Source of the DNA: Phoronis australis | Taxonomy: Eukaryota > Animalia > Phoronida | DNA length: 64,000 nt | Assembly: GCA_002633005.1 (NCBI GenBank) | Contig: NMRA01000013.1 | Location: forward strand, 1,846,403-1,910,402 | Direction of reading: 5' to 3' | Part shown: piece after piece, positions 1-14,500 of the stretch | Position numbering within the stretch: the stretch's first letter is position 1 | How the letters are laid out: each line of letters starts with the position of its first letter | The notes under the pieces: generated by a model | What the model was told of the DNA's origin: nothing | Databases searched by the model: none | The model's input: the letters and a program-made list of their open reading frames with translations, nothing else | Position numbers and translations under genes: made by a program

Positions 1-409
1 AATAAAAACGGGAGAATGGGAATTCATCTTCTCATAGTTTAGCTGTATATGCCTTTCTTTTTACTGAGACATTGTCACGTGATCAAATGAGTGACAGTTT
101 AGAAATTTTAATTATTTGAAAAAATATTTCTACAGGCTTTCTAATAAATAAATATAGATTATTAATTGTTCTCAGTCGTTATCCCCCGTATTCTAGAGCC
201 CGAGTGTACCGGTATTTTGTTGAATTATCACCCGAGAGGCGTCAGCCCCGAGGGCTGAGAACATGTAATAATCTATATTTAATCAATTAAATTCCATGAT
301 TTTGTAGATATTTGATAAAGTACAGATTTGTTCATAAAGTTTACGCCTTTAAAAGGGCACATTCGGTTTTAGGACCGAAAAACGCATTTTGGGGATTGAG
401 TTCTTGAAG

Positions 410-930
410 TTATTACCATTTACCAGAATTATAACAAACAAAACTGTGTTCTACTTTTCTAAGAAATCATTACTAATCGCCAATCCTTCCCAGTTAGCTG
501 CCAGCGACTCCGCCGGTGAAATCAAGGCCACTGACTCTGGTAAGCGGCACTTCACCGGTTTAGCTTCGCCAGTAGGGTGTTGGACTCAATGCGAACGCTA
601 AAGTCAATTCTGCGTTGGAGCAGATCATAACGCAAAGCCCTTTTCTCGTTGAATATTCTCGCTTCAGGTAAAACTACATTCTTCAATGTACTGACTGTCC
701 AGTTGTTGAATATTTAAGAAAACAAAAAGTTATTGGGCGGCAGAGAAAAATTCGGTTTATCACCAGAAGGGCACTTTCAGGGACTCCCAATCCTCACATA
801 TATCATAGGTTCTTGACGATCGCCATTTTTGGGCACGCCCCCTTACCCAGTCAATATAAAGCAACCCCCCACGACACATCGCCTGCTTAGGCTGACATTT
901 TATCCGTCTAGGCATGCGCATTACAAATGC
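410..930 (-). promoter_or_regulatory. Probable CpG-rich promoter or first exon of a gene running off the left edge
   Basis: Locally CpG-rich, with a YY1-like CGCCATTTT (821-829), an NRF1-like CATGCGCA (about 913) and candidate minus-strand donors near 415-425. No coding sequence recognised. Confidence 0.35.
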
Positions 931-1406
931 AGAAGGCTCTCGATTATTGAAGAGGCCATCACTACCTCAGTGTCGATGTATATCAGACGTTTATTGCTGT
1001 CCTAGTATGGTAGGCCATTAGCCCAGATAGACCCCGCCCATTGGGGAATTTCTTATCAGATTTTAAAGAGTTTGAATTTTGAACATCACTCACATCCTCT
1101 TTGTAACACTTTTGTAGGAATTTTGCAATGTACACTGTTACTAACAGTGTATTTGGGGCGTGTGTTAAAATATAAGTGTAAGAGTTGGGAATGTAAATAA
1201 TTAAAAGAAAAATATGAAGAAGTTCAGCATTCCAATTGTCTACAAAAAACATAGAATGTACAATAAAAAGAAAAAAATGTACAATATATTAAGAACTGAC
1301 TTCTAAAAATATCCTGTACATAAACAGAAGTTCTTTTCAAACAAAATGCCAAAAAATGACACCACCTGCTAATGTGAAAATGCTCAGTAAACATTGTTTC
1401 ATTAAG

Positions 1407-1543
1407 TAAAAATTTTGCTTAATACATGATTTGTTAACCTCACAACCAAAAGCATGTAAACAATTGATAATAAAATAAAAATTTTGCTTAATACATGATT
1501 TGTTAACCTCACAACCAAAAGCATGTAAACAATTGATAATAAA
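1407..1543. repeat. 69-bp tandem duplication (2 copies) in the probable GHDC 3' UTR
   Basis: TAAAAATTTTGCTTAATACATGATTTGTTAACC... begins at both 1407 and 1476. Confidence 0.9.
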
Positions 1544-2581
1544 ACAAAAATACACAACATTTTGGGTGATTAATTGATCCATCTGTAAAGGTTCTTAAAC
1601 AAAATCGATGACTTGACACTAAACATGACAATGACTGGCATAAAAACACAGACTTTGTGACATATAATAGTACACCTAAGAACACCGTAATGAATTAGGT
1701 CACCCTTAGATTCTTCTCTGTGTAGCTAAATTTTTACCAAGCGCTTTCAAGCTTTTTCAAAAGTGATCAAACCAACTGTAGCCAGCTAGGTTATGCAAGG
1801 TACATATTAAAAACGTGGAACCTTGAATAAAGTTGGAACACTGAACTCTCTCCACACCATGCACGCAGTCCAGTCCTAGCCAAGGCTGTAACTTTTCAGA
1901 CTTAAAAATAACTATACATCTCTGAAACCTATGATTTAACCATTAAGTGAAGCAATCAATGATTTTCATATCCATGCGTAGTAAATTTTTCTTTATTTTA
2001 TTAGCTACAAAAGCACGTCTGGGGTTTTCTTTTAGGCCTGATAACCACGAGATTGCTGTAAATGAAAACATCATCGAAAAAAACATTGTGGTTTGGACAG
2101 CTGAGCACTTACACTCAAAGAGCTTAAAAGAATCTCCCTGGCATGGTGTTGTAGCTAATAAAGTAATAAAACACAACTTGCAAGTTGTGTGCAAAAAATC
2201 ATGTTTAGTAAAACATACGGTGGCTTTTGAGAAAAAATCATTTTTTTTGAGGAAAAAAACCAAAAACGTGATCACGAACATCATAGCATTGCTGTTGTAC
2301 ACATAATAAAATTCTGTGATTATCAAGAACTAGGAAAATATAATTTTATAGGTAAACTATAAATACATAAAAAGTTATTAAAAAGGTTTGACCTGTTAAC
2401 GAAGATAGCCAATTAACCAGAGTTAATGTATGGAATGAAACAATAAGAACGCAATATGCTATCAAACATTGTTCAAACTGTCCTTCTCTGAACAGACTGT
2501 GAGACATTCTTCGGCCTTTTCTAAATCACCACCAAGCCTCTAGCCCACTGCTTCAGCCTCTTCATAACATACATGGTGTCT

Positions 2582-5500
2582 CTAACCAACCACTCTCTCC
2601 ATTATAAACTGCACAGTGCCCTTGCTCCTGAGTACTCTTGGCACTTTATATTGATTGGGCGATGCCTCAGACACACTCATCATGAAGGATCTGAGTTCAA
2701 TAAACGTGTTCGCCTTGACAACGTGCACTACCGCGGGACCAATACTGCCCTTCTGTCGGAACGAGTTGTACACAAATGACTTGCACAGGTTAGCATCCAA
2801 CTGGAACAAAAGAATGCATGCAAATGCCATGACTTTAAAGACAGTCTAATATCATGGAGGGATTGTGAGCAGACTCTCGCTTAGCTGAAGCTATTACCCC
2901 CTGGCATCATATAAGCCAGAGGTATTCAACAGGGGCACCAAACCCGTGTCGGCCTGGAGACCAGAAATGAGTTTCAGTCCAAGGGAGGACTTTTTTGCCA
3001 TACGCAGTGATCACCATGTAGCCACAAGCATCCCACGTCTCACAGCTATGAAGAGTAAATTTCAGGATGATGTCATTGGTCTTACAATAAACACAAATTT
3101 GCAAAAAATCAATCCCAACATTTCACCAATTTCGAAGTCAATTCAATTTTGTCAATCCCATTTAAAGATTATAATTATTTCTACGTTTTAATTCATGGGC
3201 GGCACAGCACTGAAAAAAGTAGGGGCTAAAGCCCCCCAAGCCCCCTATGGTGCATCGCCTACAGACCATGAGCGTAGCACTGAAAAAAGTGGGGGGCTGC
3301 AGCCCCAGCCCCCTATGTTGCCCTTCCCATGTTATTTAATAATTCAGGGCAAACATACAAGCTTCCCCAGCAGATTCTAAACCAAAACAGCAAAAAGATT
3401 AAAGTTTTGACTTTAGAACAAAACATTACCATTGATTTCTGTTGTTCAGACAGCCGTACTTCGTCATCAGACTCGAGTTCCAGGAAAACCACATAGTGTG
3501 GCACCACTGATTCACCTGTAGGCAAACCATGAAATTGCTATACACTGTACAAGACCAGATTGCATACACTATTTTCACATGTGTAGGCCTACGTCACTGA
3601 AAATTGTATACAAGACTGTGCCAAACTACCAGCCTTACTATCAGTAGCTCTCAATCGAAATCCTGGCTGTCATTCACACACAATCTGAAATAGGCATCAT
3701 GCAAGGTCAGTGCCAAGTAGTTGTTTAAATCCTCCACTTAAGTCCCGTCCATTCACAGCCTACCCTAGAACAACTTGCACTCAACTTATCCCACATCCAC
3801 ACTCATATCCAATAACTGGGGTAAGGCTCTGTGCGTGGCAAAAAACACCTAATGAGAGTAAAGGCACGCAAAAGAAAACCCGCCTGTATATGACCACAGC
3901 TGATAATTATTTCCGCCTTGCCCCAGGTTTGCGGCCACACAGAAATTAACAGTGACGCAAGTTACCCTAGAACAAGTTACCCCACCTGGATAAGGTGAAG
4001 TAAGTGGAGTAAGTTGCACTAGTTTGAATAGCGTCCACACAGCCCTCAAACCTAGCGACAACTCGTTCCAGAAGTAACTTGTTCTAGATTAAGGCTGTGT
4101 GTGCATGGATGGCGCTTTAGTCATACAACTGTCACAGCTGGCCTGTGTAAAGTGTTGAAAATCAAAAACATAAATTATGTGTATAACAACTGACCTTTTT
4201 CGTAAAATATAGTCCATAGGAAGATTTGAACTATGCAAAGTAATCAAACGGTTGTAGAAATTCTTCAATTTAACTAACCATAAGGCTTGCCCGCTTTCTC
4301 TACTTGAGGTTGTGGGTTCGAGTCCCACCAGGTCACACTGCTAAACCTTTGAGCCAGGTTTCTAGCTCCTCAGCTCGGTTTTAACCATATATTAATAAAG
4401 GCATAAAAATATTTCCAGGTGATCAGTGCAATGGGCCCACATGTGAGGCCTGCACACGTCTGGTACAACGTGTAACAGACCGCCTGCAATTATTTTTTTT
4501 TATAACCATAAGGCTGAAAAGAAAATTCTATTTTGGAAATTATCACAAAAACAGACACAAACACAATACAATTTCATAATAAACATGGGTTATATTGCAT
4601 AATAGCAATCAGCCAACATGAACATATTGATTGTAGGGAAATATCTGATTCTGCACAAGAACGATGATACTTGTGAACTGATAAGTTTCAAACTAACCCT
4701 TTAAAGCCACAACATGCTCAGCGCAGCAGTAGTCCTTCAGTTTAACTCCAGGCCACTCAGCAACTGTCTGTAGTAAAGTCTGATAGAAGTGCTTCTCTGA
4801 TGTCTTCTCACCCCGAACATTTAGTAACTGGCCCTGTCTAGGAAAATAGAGGAACATGTTAATTTTAACTTCAGAAAATTTGCTTATGACGCAATATCAC
4901 AGAAACACACGCACAAGTTGTACCTTATTTAAACACTATAAAATCCCAGCTGAATACAAGGCCATTAATAAATATAACACCATGGCCATATATCTGTCAA
5001 TTTTTAATTTTAATTTTCCCAGGAAATGTATTATATTTTTCTACTAAGGGCATATTCAGTCGCCAGTTTGAACTTAAAACGTGCAGTTTTGTTTTACTAT
5101 TTATTCATCATTTTCGCAGAATTCAGGGTTTTAACCAAACAACATCTTATTATTGTTGACAAGTCTTATCACAGGCAGAAAACCAAAGAAACAGTATGAT
5201 CTTTTATTTGAAAATATGCCTTTATATTCTGGAACACTGTGTGTTTTGTTTGCTGATAACATTTTAGCCACTCATGTGAACTTTGCAGTGAACATCATCA
5301 ACGTATATCAATTTATTTTTAATCACAAAACACAGGGGATTTTATCTGTTTTGCATTTAATTTGCGACATCATTCAAAGTTCACAGAAAATTTTGGCATT
5401 TTAATGAGCAACCAACAACATGGTATCAACCACTTAATGTGTTCTTCCATTAATTCTAAATGCCCACAAAAAACAGATCAAGAGTAAGGTCAAACATGGC

Positions 5501-8500
5501 ATAATAATTGGTTCTAATGTTTTTGTTTTTGAAACTCCATGCGTCATTTTTAGTTGCCTATATATTAAAACGAGAGTCGCCCAATGCCAGCTAAAATAAG
5601 CTGGCATCCTTCTGGCTGTTTCTACTCCCAGTGCCATCTACCTGCAGAAATGGTTCAGAATGCTTCTTTACACAACATCTGATCAGTGCCAAGCTCGGTA
5701 ACTTTTCTTGCCAGTTTTCACAGATTTTCCATAGGGTGAGTGGACACTATGCTGCAGTCAAGAACTTTGGCAAAAACTAAGCTTTTATATTTTGTGAAAT
5801 GCAACAAAATTTGCCTTGAGTCGATCAGGAAAAATCCCACCAATTTAGGACAATACAGCAGACTAGTAATATGGCAATGAAAGTTGTCTGAAGATTGTGA
5901 TATAATGACCTTAGTCTATCCTGATAACATTTAGGTTTTGACAAATATAAGCTACCTGTACAAAAACTCAACCACCGGTGTGTTGTTGTAGAATCTTGTC
6001 ACCTTGACAACATCTCCAAAGCGATAGCGGTACAAGCCACTCAGGTTCGTTAATACCAGCTCATAGTCCTTACCAAGCTCAACCTAGTGAGTGAAACAAA
6101 ACTTAATACACCATTCACAAAATACAATAACATAAAGAGATCTGAGAGTTTTAGAGGACAATTAAAATAAATAGCATTTAAAGCTGCCTTTCACCCTATA
6201 TTTAGCTGCGTCTTTAAACATTTCCATGCTCCCTGATCTTGCATTTTTGATGAATGAGCTGGCAACTAAGTTAACAAGCAATGCATACATGTGTCATTTT
6301 CGAATTTGTAATTTTAGGGTTGAGTCATTGATGGTTTTGATGTTCTTGTTGGAAATGCAAATAGACCCTTATCGCAGTAAGGAATAAATGAGACCGACTT
6401 CATAAGAGAATATAGGCCTAAACCAGACAAAATGTAGCTTTACAAATGATAAAATGGTTACATAATTAATTATGTTTCGGTATATTTCTAATAAAAAGCA
6501 TTAATCAGCAAATATGCCACCCTTGTGGTGTTAACATAAAACAGCCATTAAATTCATTCAACGAATGACAAACAATTAACTCCGAGAATATATTACTAGT
6601 CCCAGAGTTAGCAAAACATAGAATGCAGCAAAAATAAGAACATTACTAACACCTAGCAATTTCTCACCATGCCTGTGGTTAGCCAATTTTACTGAGAAGC
6701 TTGAATTCCAGATCAAGAATACATCCAGACTTTGTTCGTTTACATGAGAAAATAACATTTAGCAAAATGTTACTCTTTAGCACATTAAGTGGTAAATATG
6801 TCGTGGACATTCAACTTTCTTCAAAAATGAAAGTTAAAAGAAGATTTGATTTCATTATTTGTGAGAGCTGTCACATTTGTAGTAATTCTGAAAATTGATG
6901 GCACGGTTTAAAGGTAGAATAAACTTAGGGGTAAAGGGGGCATAGTTTTGCCTATTTGTGCTTAATTTAGACTTTGAAACATGAATCATAGAAATGCTTA
7001 TAACTATGAGGTTTGAACTATGTTTTAAGCATTTTAAAAGTTTCAAGTTCTTTGTTTCCCTTTACATGCTTTGAAAGTTACAAGCATTAAGTAAAGATTT
7101 GCATGAGATGAAAATTAAGTTCTAACCCTGGCATTTGAAAAATAAAGTTTCATATATTTGACAATTGGATAATAGTTTTTAAGCAAAATCACAGAAGTTA
7201 CCATAAACCAGAAGTTAAAAAAGCCATTATTGATGCTGCAGTCAAATAACCATAAAGGGAAATGACAAATGAGTTGCTAGACGTTAGGTTTAAATGAAAA
7301 TTTCCATATTGTTCTGTACAATTGAGAAATGACAGGTAAGCCTAAAACGTCTAGTTACTTTAATTTAATACATTTTACTGGCACAGTAGAATAGGCTTTT
7401 TACACGAAATGCATAAATACCTGACTAAGAAGGTATGTTTTTGGCTGGCTCTCTCCACTCAGATCCACAGGAATGAATTCATAAAACATGGTATGAGGCA
7501 GCAGTAGATATTCTCTTCTCTCCATATCAGGCCAAATGTTAATACCTATAAGTCCTTCAGTCGCCGCATACACAGCCGAATAAATGGGAATGTCTCTGCA
7601 GTAGGAATGCTGGAGTTCTTGTCCATAAATGTGGAATGAACCGGTATCTACGCACAGCAAGAGATCGCACTTAGGCCAGATACGCTTGGCTATTTTGTCG
7701 AAGCCGAGGCTAAACTCTCTGCGGAGATCAGCAGCTCTTTCAGGATCGGGATTGAGCAGTGAATTTAACCTGATCCTAGTGTCGTCATCCAGGGCAAGTC
7801 GGGAATCTATGGTGCCCGTCTCAATGTCCCTCACTAACCGAGGCCATTCTTTTTCAAGGAATGTGAACGCTGTGTACACCAACGAAGCGAAATTCGCTTC
7901 GATCATGCCCAGCTTATTGTCTTTCAGAGCGAACAATAGATGGACGTAAAGTGCCTCTTGTTCCGTTTTGATGCTGTATGCAGCTAATGGGGTTGTGTAT
8001 AAACTGAGCATACTTTTAGAGTTTACTGGAGATGATGAATTGGGACCAATAGGAATGCCAGCCTCACTGAATCTAGCCCGAGGTGTGTAAAATAGTTTGA
8101 GCGTCTTGAAAAGATTCCTCATTCTAGGATAGCAGTGCAACATCTGCTGGTATATCAAAGCACATGACAAGTTGATGCGCTTCTTCGATACGGGAATCAT
8201 GTGGCTATTTCCAGAAGTGCCTGATGTAACGGCGAGCATTTTTGGTCGCCCCTTGGTGATCAGGTTTTCCTCTCCCCTGGCAATTCTCTCTACCAGAGGT
8301 CCATAATCTGCATACTTTGTCAGAGGATGCACTCTGATGAAATCATCCACAGACTTTATGCCCCCAAAAGCATATCGTTTCCCATACTTCGTATCCCTAT
8401 TTTGTTGCAAGTGCTCTAGCAGAATCTGTTCCTGGGTATCCAGGCACCTTTGTGTCGCCTTATCAATTTTTCGTCTGATGAAAAAGCCAATGATATTCAT

Positions 8501-11500
8501 GCCCACTACGGCGAGATACTGGTCAAATATGCCACGGAAACTGTGATAGTCAGAAATCTCTCGCCGTGCAATATCGGCAGCCAGTAAACCAACACTGAAC
8601 AGGAACACGAAGAAACAGGCTGTAATGAAATGAACAGGATTAATGCTTCACTGAAAATAATAGCAATATAAGTATCAGTCCCAACTAAAAATTCATTAAT
8701 TCCAAAAATTTCGCACATGTAAATTGTTCAATTTTGTCTTCTCTCTCATAGTAATTCTCGAATTTGTGATGCCATCAATACATTTCTGGTGCAAGCTCAA
8801 ACTATCAGAAACATAGCTCGACAATTTTACAATGTTGCTCAATGTCATTATGGATTTCATGTATTTCAACAAGAGCAATTATGCACCCACATAGTATAGT
8901 CACAAAAAGGGTTGCAAATATTTTGTTCCAATGCAAAATAACCCAAATCCTAAGAAACCCAGTGGTCAGAAGGCATAGTTTATACTGAAAATAATGGGAT
9001 TTTTTTCCGTATACGAACAGGCTTACAGTAAATTTTGGTCATTTGTTCGAACCTTTTGCGGATTTTCCCCACGAATATTACATCAAGCATGGTAATGGCA
9101 AACAGGTGACCGATTTGAGAACAAAAATTTATGGCACATAGGGGGTATGCTGATGAAATCTATGAAAGGTCAAGTGTAAAGACAACAAATCTTCCAAAAT
9201 TAATAATTAATACATTTACTTTAGTTTATAGACTTTTTTATCAACTCTATGAATTTAAGCAAGTAATCTTGTTGTCAACCCAATAAAAACGCAGTTACTG
9301 GCATTTATTTGAAATGTGGGATGTGAGTTCATTTTTGGACACCCTATATAAGCTTAGAACTTTTACTTAATTTTCTCCCAACAAAAAGAAAAAAATCTAT
9401 ACACTACATGTACATGGTTTTGCACAATGAGATTTAAGCTCGTGTATATCACAAACCATGCACCTTGAACAAAACGGTCACAGTATTCAGTTGAGCTTTC
9501 CTGCCTTGACATGTACAGCTGTCATGCCACCTAACATTTCGGCAGGGAACTAGCCAAACTGAAAGTCAGCCATGCTCTCTTTAATACGAATACATCTCTC
9601 AAATTTTATAATAATCCTTCGAGTGGTTTGGCAACATAAGTAGACCCCAAACACTGAACAAAAATAACAAAAATGGCCGCTATGGAATGCAGAATACTAA
9701 GGCGTTAAATTCACCTAAAATGGAGGGCTGTCACCTCAATACACGCATATTTTCTAAATGTCATCAAAATAGATTAAGGAAGTGGATATAAGATACAGCC
9801 AAATGTAAAAAATACCACTCGGGGGCATAGCAGTAATCGAATAAGCCCGCAACTACCGGTAGTTGCTGTCATCTGTCATCGGCCACACTGGAACAAATTT
9901 GCCACATTTCATGTAAGGACAGAATTAGACGCAGAGACAGAGCCAAGATGCACCAACACATGAGAGCAGACAAAAACTTTACGTTCATTTTTGTTAATGG
10001 ATCTCATTCTTCGGTTTTCTGTGGTTCCTAACTATGTCCTATAAAATCATGAACTAAACTGATTTATTTATTTGAGTTTGAAGATTGAGACTTTGCTGTA
10101 TGCATGGCTTGAAAACAAGAAATGTTGTTTTCTTAGGAGTAAACTTTGGAAAATCCTGCATTTTTCCACCACCCCCCCCCCCAAAAAAAAACCCAGGTCA
10201 TTCAACATTGCTGCTTTTACAATGGCAAATATAGAGGAATAAGCACGGATGGTGTGGGAGACTCAGTGACAAGAATACCCATGTACCTATGATAATTCTC
10301 CACTCATTTCACACAAAAAGTATTGGCGAAATTGACCGTGGCATTATTTTCCAATTTTTCAAAGGCCGATTACCAATTGTTGCAGATAATGAAAACTTTA
10401 ATAAGTGTTGTTGTTTGTGACATCAACACAGTTCAAACCATGACAGTAACAGACTAAAATGTAATTAAACCTATATTTTTCTGAAGAAACTTGACAAAGA
10501 ATCATATTCACTCATCGTCCATATTGTGTACAACCAGTACATTAAAGGTGTTATTAAGGTGTGACCTACTTTTACAAGTGTTTGCCAAACTCACACTGAC
10601 CCCAAGACACACACACCTGTTTACTAGGTTTTGGTGCAAGCATCAAAACACCTGATCTGCTGATGTGGACGAAGATCAAAACTGTAATGGGGCACGAGAA
10701 ACCAACACTACAACGGGGCTCAAAAGCACAGCAAGAGACCTGAGTTTTGAAATGAGGTGTTTCTATTGAGGTTATGCAGTAAGATCTTAATATACAGACT
10801 TGTCTAGATCTTAAAAGATCTTCAGCTAGACTTGTCTAGAAGATCTTAAAAGATCTTGTTGACCATTATAGTCTGTGTATATAGTCAAATATCCACAAAA
10901 CTATGATATTAACAGTCAGCAAACCTAGTACACATTCTCTGAAAGTAGAAAACCTGTAGAATTTGTTATTTTTAATACCAATCTGTCATTAATTGGGTCA
11001 CAGGGTTATAGGTCTTTTTGTAAAATTTAGAAAATAAGGCACATTGGTAAGCAAAAAAAAGGTATCAGTAACATCACCAATTTTATTTGATGATAAATGT
11101 TCTCAAGATCACACCTCAAAAACACTGCTAAAATTTTCCAAATTATCATAATTAATTTTCTTTGAGCAACTTTTTTTCATAAAAATCACAACAGTCCAAT
11201 TTTTGACAACCCTTATCCAACAATACTGGAACATTTTAAAAACAATTCCCAACAAAGAACAACACACAAAACATAGTATCTTTGTTTGTGGTGATGTGGT
11301 GCTAGGAAATTATAAACACTGCTTATTATGCAGGATGTGAACCAGCAATTTGGTACGTCATTAGTGCAAAGGTGACTTTGTTACAGAATTTTTTGTTTTC
11401 GCATTTACAAATTGTCAATGAATACAACTGCACTTAGTTTAGCATAGATTAAAATAGAATTGCTGTTAAGTTCCAGCTATACATTATCATAATTAGGAGT

Positions 11501-14500
11501 ATGCAAATACACCTTTAACAGGACTGATTTTTTGTGTGGTAATGACAAACAAAGTTTACCAGATCATTCCATTCAGTCATGTGCAAGGCTGTATGCAACG
11601 AGAGTTTCAAAAAGTCAATCTTGAGCAAATAAAGATCATTGACATGGACCATACAACTGTGGCCAGGCTATTGATTCATGAATTATTCTTCACCTACCTA
11701 CAGCATGTAAAATATGACAAAACATGAAATTGTCTTCTGTCATTTTTCTCAAAAATTAACAGAAATTTGTTAACATAATATTAGTTCGTACCTCGACACA
11801 CTCCATTCCATTATTCATCTCACGGCAGTCAGCTTTAAAAAAAATCAGCAATGACAATTTTCATGAAATGTTTTTTTGTTTATTTAACGAAAGTTGAATG
11901 CTTTATTTTAGGCCACCTAATCTCCAGCAATAATACTTATCATAATCAAAAAGTGACATTTTCACTAGAGAATGTTTGAAAGTAATAAAACTGCAACCCA
12001 TGTGACCTGTTACAAGCCGTGTCTCTTTTGCTGGTGATTTGAGTTACCCCCAAAACTGTGTGGTTACCACAAGCACTTTTGTTGCTAGTCTGTTTACTCC
12101 CAAGGACACATAAGCACCATCAGGGGTAAGAGGTGATTGGGTGGTGAGGAAACAAACTAACTTCTGGCAAACATGACCCCTTGATGGAAAGTTCGTCCAT
12201 CTGGGTAAAACTAAGTGTTTCAATATTTTTGGGATAAATTCAACAAGTTTTTACAAAAAAATCTAAACACACTTTCTTCAAAACACCACAAAAACATCAC
12301 TATAATAAATAATAAAATAAAGAACAAAAGGACAAAATGCATTTTGCTTCTTGGCTTTGAAACAAGAAGCACGAAAACACTCAAAACCTGGGAAAACTTC
12401 TTGGTTTTGCACAAAGTTTTAAAAATTACAAGCAAAGATCTAATCCTCAACTACATGTATTTACAAACACTGAAATGTTGTTATTCGATTTTTGAATGTA
12501 AAAATAGTCTTTCAGAACAAAAGACTGGCACTGGATAGCAGCTAGGGCTAGAGGTTAATTATACGTAACGTGTAAGTCAACTCTCAAATACAACCTGGCA
12601 AAGTGCCCAGGTTAATTGCTCAACAGGGACAGAGGTCGCCAAACCACACAGGCAAGAAACGAAATTGAAATTAACGACATGAAGTGAACAACCCACAACA
12701 TTAGGGCGTTCTCCTGTTCAGTGAAATTTACCAGACATAGAGCGGTTGTGAGCGTGTGATAACATCTAGCACCTTTGTTAACTACCAAGCACAGTCTTTT
12801 GCAGGCCAGTTATCTACCAGGCTCATTACCGACGGCGTGTCACAGTCAAACTCAGTGCGTTCAGACAGAATAGATTTTCTTAGCGTCGGTTGTAGTAGAG
12901 CGATTTTGGTGATTCAAAAACTTAACATGATCAGCATTTGACAAGGAGTTCAGAAATGTCCTTCAGGTTTATGTTGAAACATTTTATATTAATTACTTAA
13001 CTTTTATTTTAATAGCACAGCCCATTCAGGCTATATATAGATACGATCTTATCAGAGACTAGAGCAATTATGAATGAAGAGAGGTGACCCTCCAACTATA
13101 AATGCCAAGAATGGACGTAATCAGTCCTGTAAGATATTGGTTACAGCTGTCATCCGCCCAACTTGTTGTGCTTTAAACGAACAAGTTGGCTTCAACCGGG
13201 AGAACGCGGTAATGACTTGGAAATGCTTGCCGGAGCACCTAACATCAGCTGCCTTGGTCGGTAGTTTTTTCTTTTGCTAGATCCACACACAGACTTATCC
13301 TAGAATAATTTGCACTAGTGCAGCTTTCCCCACCGTTTTAAGCAGAGCGTCCACACACGCACGCATGCATGCACACACACACACACACATTCTATAACTA
13401 GGGTAAGGCTGAAATTGTCGCTCTGTGCATGACATTGGACAGTTAATGCAAATACAGCACGCAAAAATCATTTCCGCCTTGCCCCAGGTTTTGAGTGGTG
13501 TAAAATACCCTAGAACAAGTTACCTTACCTTGATAAAGTGGAGTAAGTTGTCACAAGTGGGGCAAGTTGCACTACAGTTTAAGTACCATCCTGACAGCCT
13601 CTAAACCTTGCAACAACTTGTTCCACCATGCATGATTAACTTGTTCTAGGGTAAGTCTGAGTGTGGACGGCACTTTAGAGTATCACGTGCTCATTGGCAA
13701 CCTATTTTCCCAATTGGGACAAAATTTTCCCATTTTAGTAATTTTTACCAGGCGTGCGTTCAGTAACACTAGGACCTAACGCTAGGACCTAGCTAAAATC
13801 TAGCCAAAGTCACATATTTTCATTTAAAATACAAGGCAATATCTCACGAAATCTCGCGAAGTCTAGCGCTACTGAAGGGGAGGTAGCACCAAAAAAATTT
13901 AAGATCAGAGCCTTGGAATAGATCTCCAAACTGTACACAACCATGAAAGCTGTAATCCCAGCAAACAGAGAGGAGCAAATGACCTTGGACTAACCACAGG
14001 TTAACTAACAATAACATTGACCCATTTGAATCACTGAACTAAGCTAGCACCTAAATTACAGGGTGCTTCAAACAGAAGGACCTAATGTAAAACTGCAACA
14101 TGTGTTTGGTAAGAGTTTATAAACTTATGTTGTCTTGAAATCCTTTTAAATATACACCATGCACCTGCTTCATAGACAATGAGGTGATGGTTTGTGGTTG
14201 CAGAGATAGCTCAGTAATTTTAAATGGTGCAGGCCCGCTCTTTGTGACACCCTGTGCTAGTCTCTGTCCTCTAGACAGATACTGATCCCTGCTGAGAGCT
14301 GTTGGACTGATAGAGAATGGAAAGGAAAAGTACAAAACAGCTACATGTCAAAGAAAATTCCTTATAAAACTACCTGACAAGTAAATGGCATTGAGAAAGG
14401 CTATAAAGGCTGGGTAACTGCACATTACATTTTGAGCCCACTTTCCAAAGTTTGTCTCATTTTATCTGATACACTCCAACTGTTGCATGCTAGAACCCAT

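Noticed and set aside
1943-2326. Overlapping 127-aa and 119-aa ORFs
   Set aside because: AT-rich, no recognisable domain, and located in the probable GHDC 3' UTR.
4290-4340. tRNA-like B box GGTTCGAGTCCC (a similar one on the minus strand at about 42100-42130)
   Set aside because: No cloverleaf or acceptor stem could be built; at most decayed tRNA-derived SINE heads.
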